DNA of 64,000 nucleotides from NCBI GenBank assembly GCA_965603825.1, contig CBFDEM010000035.1, positions 62,001 to 126,000 on the forward strand. The letters run 5' to 3'. The translations under genes were made by a program, and so were the position numbers. The notes beneath the pieces are model-generated. The model was given only the letters and a program-made list of their open reading frames with translations. It was not told where the DNA came from and searched no databases. Origin of the DNA: Blepharisma stoltei ATCC 30299 (Eukaryota > Protista > Ciliophora). The first letter of the stretch is position 1. The number at the start of each line of letters is the position of its first letter. Positions 60,509-64,000 of this stretch are shown here, in pieces.

Positions 60509-61012
60509 TTAGATATAAAATCCTTTTTTACACTTCTTGAGGACGCTATTAAAAGCTGGCAAGTTTATCTCTTGATCTTGACTGCTTTGAATAACTGGCA
60601 ACTGTGGCTGATTTTTTTGTAATTCTTCCCAACATATCTTTTCAAAATCTTTTATTATAGGCTGAGGTATTTGCACATGAGCATTTTCTGCTGCCTCAAC
60701 GGCTATATTATTTCCATCTTTAATGTGAACCCTTTTATGGAGCGTTAGTTGGCTTGTTTGTCTATACGCTTTTCCACAATGATTACATACGAATGGTTTA
60801 ACATCATTATGAATATTCATGTGTTCTCTAAGATTCTGCCTGCTTGATAGATTTTTTTTGCATATTTCACATTCGAACTTTTTGACCTTTAAATGTATGG
60901 ACTCTATGTGATGCCTCAGATTGAACTTCGTCGTATATGTATTGTTACAGTTTAAATAATAACAGCAGTAGAGAACAGTTGACTCTAAGCACTCTCTTGA
61001 TATGTTTTCCAT
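60509..61012 (-). CDS. Three-finger C2H2 zinc-finger protein, paralogue of 54134
   Basis: YTTKFNLRHH, CEICKKNLSSRQNLREHMNIH, CNHC..YRQTSQLTLH. Confidence 0.92.
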   Translation of the reverse strand: MENISRECLESTVLYCCYYLNCNNTYTTKFNLRHHIESIHLKVKKFECEICKKNLSSRQNLREHMNIHNDVKPFVCNHCGKAYRQTSQLTLHKRVHIKDGNNIAVEAAENAHVQIPQPIIKDFEKICWEELQKNQPQLPVIQSSQDQEINLPAFNSVLKKCKKGFYI

Positions 61013-61922
61013 TGTTTGAATTATAATAAAACGAATATATAGAGAAATTATGGTTTTTAATTATCGCAATATGGAATTGCGCTATTTTCTTAATGCTAGA
61101 AAGAGAATTTATTTAGATTACAAAGGAATCACTTGTATAGATACCTCAATTTCGAAGCAAAATATTTATATAAAAATGAAACTCACAAAATGCCAGTTTA
61201 AGATACGATAAGATTGTGCAGCAAAAAATTTGAGATTTTGATGCAGAACTAAGAAATGGATCTATAAAATTTATTTCCTATGCTTAAAATACAATTAGAA
61301 CTTAAAAAACAGCTGAAAATAATTTTTCATAAAATTTATAAATTTTTGCAATTTCAGTTTAAATATAGTTTTAAGATCACTCATTATGGTTTTGCATTTA
61401 AATTCTCTATTTATCTTGAGGCCAAAGCTTTTAATTTTGAATTTAATTCAAATTTTAAATTTGCGTTTCAATTTAAAAATTAAAGAAGTTGATGAGCCAA
61501 GGGTTTCTCGTCGATTTGAGGTGAGATCTTTGGTAAAATATAATTTTGAAATTCGAGTGGCTGGCGTTGTCCTAAAAATTTAAACCTAATGAAATATAAT
61601 ATTTAATTTTATTTAATTTATTGAAAACAAATTATGCACCCTTTTTAAATAAAATTGAGAAGCAAAATTTGAGATTCCGCTTTTTTAACTTTATCAGCCT
61701 TTCTTTTAACTTTAAATGTCTAAAAGAGAATCGATTAAGCTTAATTTAATTAGTTATTCTAAAAACTATAATAAAAAATTTTCTTCTCTTGTGATTCAGC
61801 CTATTTTCACTATAACAAATATAATATGATTAAATTAAAATTAATATTCGCGAGATTATAGTAAAAAGATTATATGAGTACCATTTAATAATAATATAAT
61901 AACTTTAAGCAAAGCTTTAGAA

Positions 61923-62379
61923 TTAGATATTTTAATCCATTTTACACTTTTTGAGCAGAAAGTAAGCTCACAAATGCTTTGAAGAATTGGCGGTTGAGCC
62001 TGATTTGATTCTAGCTCATCTCAACTTATATTTTCAAATTCATTATGACGTGAACTATTTTTAATGGAACAGTCTCTAATTCATCAAAGGCTTCATTGTT
62101 TTCATCTTTAATGTGAGCTCGTTTATGGAAAGTTAGCTGACCTACTTTTCTATCAGTTTTCCCATATCAATAGCATGCGTGTGGTTTGCCTCCATAATGA
62201 ATATTCATATATTCTCTCAAGTTTTGCCTGCTAGATATATTTTTTACAAATATTGCTTACATGGTCTCTATATGATGCTGCTTCAGGTTGTGCTTTGCTG
62301 TATATGTATTTGCGCAGTCTAAATAATAGTAATAGTAGAAAGTGTTTGACACTAAGAGTCCTCTTGATATATGCTCTAT
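61923..62379 (-). pseudogene. Decayed copy of the 60509-61012 zinc-finger gene
   Basis: Start ATG>ATA, in-frame TAA, deletions, lost Cys/His; still reads SSRQNLREYMNIH..QLTFHKRAHIKD; upstream ~200 bp also homologous. Confidence 0.88.
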
Positions 62380-64000
62380 AATATTAATTTATTATAATAA
62401 AACGAATATATATACGATACTATGGTTGCTTATTACTCATATTGAGTAACTCGATTTTCTTAATGTAGAAAGAGAATTTATTTAAATATCGTATGAATTA
62501 CTTAGCGGATATCTCATTCGGAAGGAAAAATAATTATTAAAAATAAAACCCAGAAAAATGCTAATTAGATTTTATAAGATTTTGCTCAGAAAATACTAAA
62601 TAAATATAGAAGATGCAATAATCGGTCAAAAGTTAATTTAATAGCCTAGTAAATAATTGTGAATGTAGATCTATATTTAGAATTATCATTAATGTTTGGA
62701 AATTTTTATGCAAAATTTTGTTTATTTTCTTAATTGAGCTTTTTTTTAATATATTTCTGCAGTCTGGATAATAACAGTATAGAGAATACCTGCATTAATA
62801 GAATTTTTGATATTTTTCCCTTGATTATTAATGTGATATAAATTTCATAATCATATTAGACATTTTATTTAAATATCTTATAACCTGCTTGAGTGGTGGG
62901 TTCTTGGAAGTAAAAAATAATTAAAACTCACGCAATAGCAATTATATTTTATAAAATTTGCGCTATTGAAAATTTTAAAAAATATGTAAAAATGCTATTT
63001 AGTAGCTCTTAAGAATTAGGTTTGGGCAGAATTTGATAGTTATTATGCTCACTAATGTTTAAAATTTAGAGCATATGCAAGTGAACTGCTGGAACAAAGC
63101 TGGCTCCAAGTTTCACAAACAGGATAGATAAAAGGATGCACAAAAAGTAACTTTCATTATAACCCAATGCATTGAAGCGAAAGATTAAAATTTTGATTAA
63201 TAAAGCATTAAATTGAATTTCTAAATTTAAATGTAAACAAAAATAATCCATTTTTCTAATAGAATCAAAATGCATCGAGTTTTAATTTTTTAGTGAATTA
63301 TCAATATTTTGAAGCAGAATTGTAATAAACTTAATAAAGATGCTCTTTTTCTAAGATTTCACTATTACTTATAGTTAGTGATTTTTAAAAAATTATTTTC
63401 TTATAAACCAAAGTTTTACTTAAAGAAAATTAAAAAACATAATAAATTAAGATCATAATTAGAAAATAAGCATCGAAATGATTTTGTCTTTAAAGTTCAA
63501 TCCTAATAAAATATGCAGGCATAAGCTTAAAGTAGAGCTTTTAAAAGACCAGATAATTATAGACAAATTTACAATAATTTGAGCAAAGAATTATGAATAG
63601 AAATTGATGAGACCGAAAAAGGCTTAGTAAAAGCGCAGAAATTTTCAATTTAACCTGATTTTAAAGTATATTGGTGAATAAAAATATCATAGCTCTAATA
63701 AATTTTTCCCCAGAGTCATCAGATTGATAAATTTAGCCTATTTTTCATAGGAAACAATAAAAACTCAATAAAACAAAAGTCCTACGCATTTTTTTATTGC
63801 TTAATAATTCTTTTTAATTATATAAGGATAATTACTGAAAATTAATTTTGATTCGCTCTTCGCTTCCCAAGAATATATTACTTATAAAACAATCAGAATA
63901 ATTTAAGTAAAGTTTAATAGTTAGATATTGTTTTCCTTTTTAAGCTTCTTGAGAATGCTGTAAAAAGAAGGTAAGTTTGTCAATTGTTTATAACTTCTTT

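Noticed and set aside
61280-61583. Two overlapping 65-67 aa ORFs
   Set aside because: F/K/I/N-rich translations of AT-rich spacer with no coding signal
63066-63275. 69-aa minus-strand ORF
   Set aside because: AT-rich and motif-less; treated as intergenic
1-64000. Mycoplasma-like bacterial or mitochondrial origin (also UGA=Trp and AT-rich)
   Set aside because: Genes are nuclear eukaryotic (ORC2, CSN5, p24, RBR, Myb) and carry spliceosomal GT-AG introns
1-64000. Telomeric repeats, IES or transposon terminal repeats, tRNA, rRNA, CRISPR
   Set aside because: None recognised by eye; short TA-bounded IESs cannot be judged without MIC/MAC read comparison

Overview
AT-rich, very gene-dense eukaryotic DNA with about 43 intact protein-coding genes and 3-4 pseudogenes or remnants. 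It reads as a heterotrich ciliate macronuclear-type genome, most likely Blepharisma. (i) UGA is read as Trp: TGA sits at invariant Trp positions of ORC2, PP2C, PPCDC, WD40 and RBR, and swaps with TGG between paralogues, while TAA/TAG end the genes. (ii) Four 15-nt GT-AG introns are present, each with A at position 10. (iii) Many intergenic gaps are 0-35 bp. The supplied ORF track used the standard code and therefore fragments many genes; I re-joined them by hand. Housekeeping genes: ORC2, OST3/6, CSN5, PEX11, PPCDC, FAM91A1, p24, GPN2, PP2C, DUSP, BAP31-like. Best novelty candidate: a tandem pair of ~660-680 aa proteins (47474-51840) joining a putative ATP-grasp-like N-terminal region to a C-terminal group-I-like truncated (2/2) haemoglobin with an apolar E7 residue, a possible globin-coupled sensor. 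Other notable items: a WD40-ankyrin-TRP-type channel, an EFCAB9-like CaaX protein, a secreted GH57 hydrolase with no UGA-Trp codon, an FMO, a ~2000-aa surface protein, and duplication scars, one with a visible 7-bp microhomology junction. No rRNA, tRNA, CRISPR, transposase or telomere repeat was recognised. All family assignments come from motif recognition by eye, not database searches.
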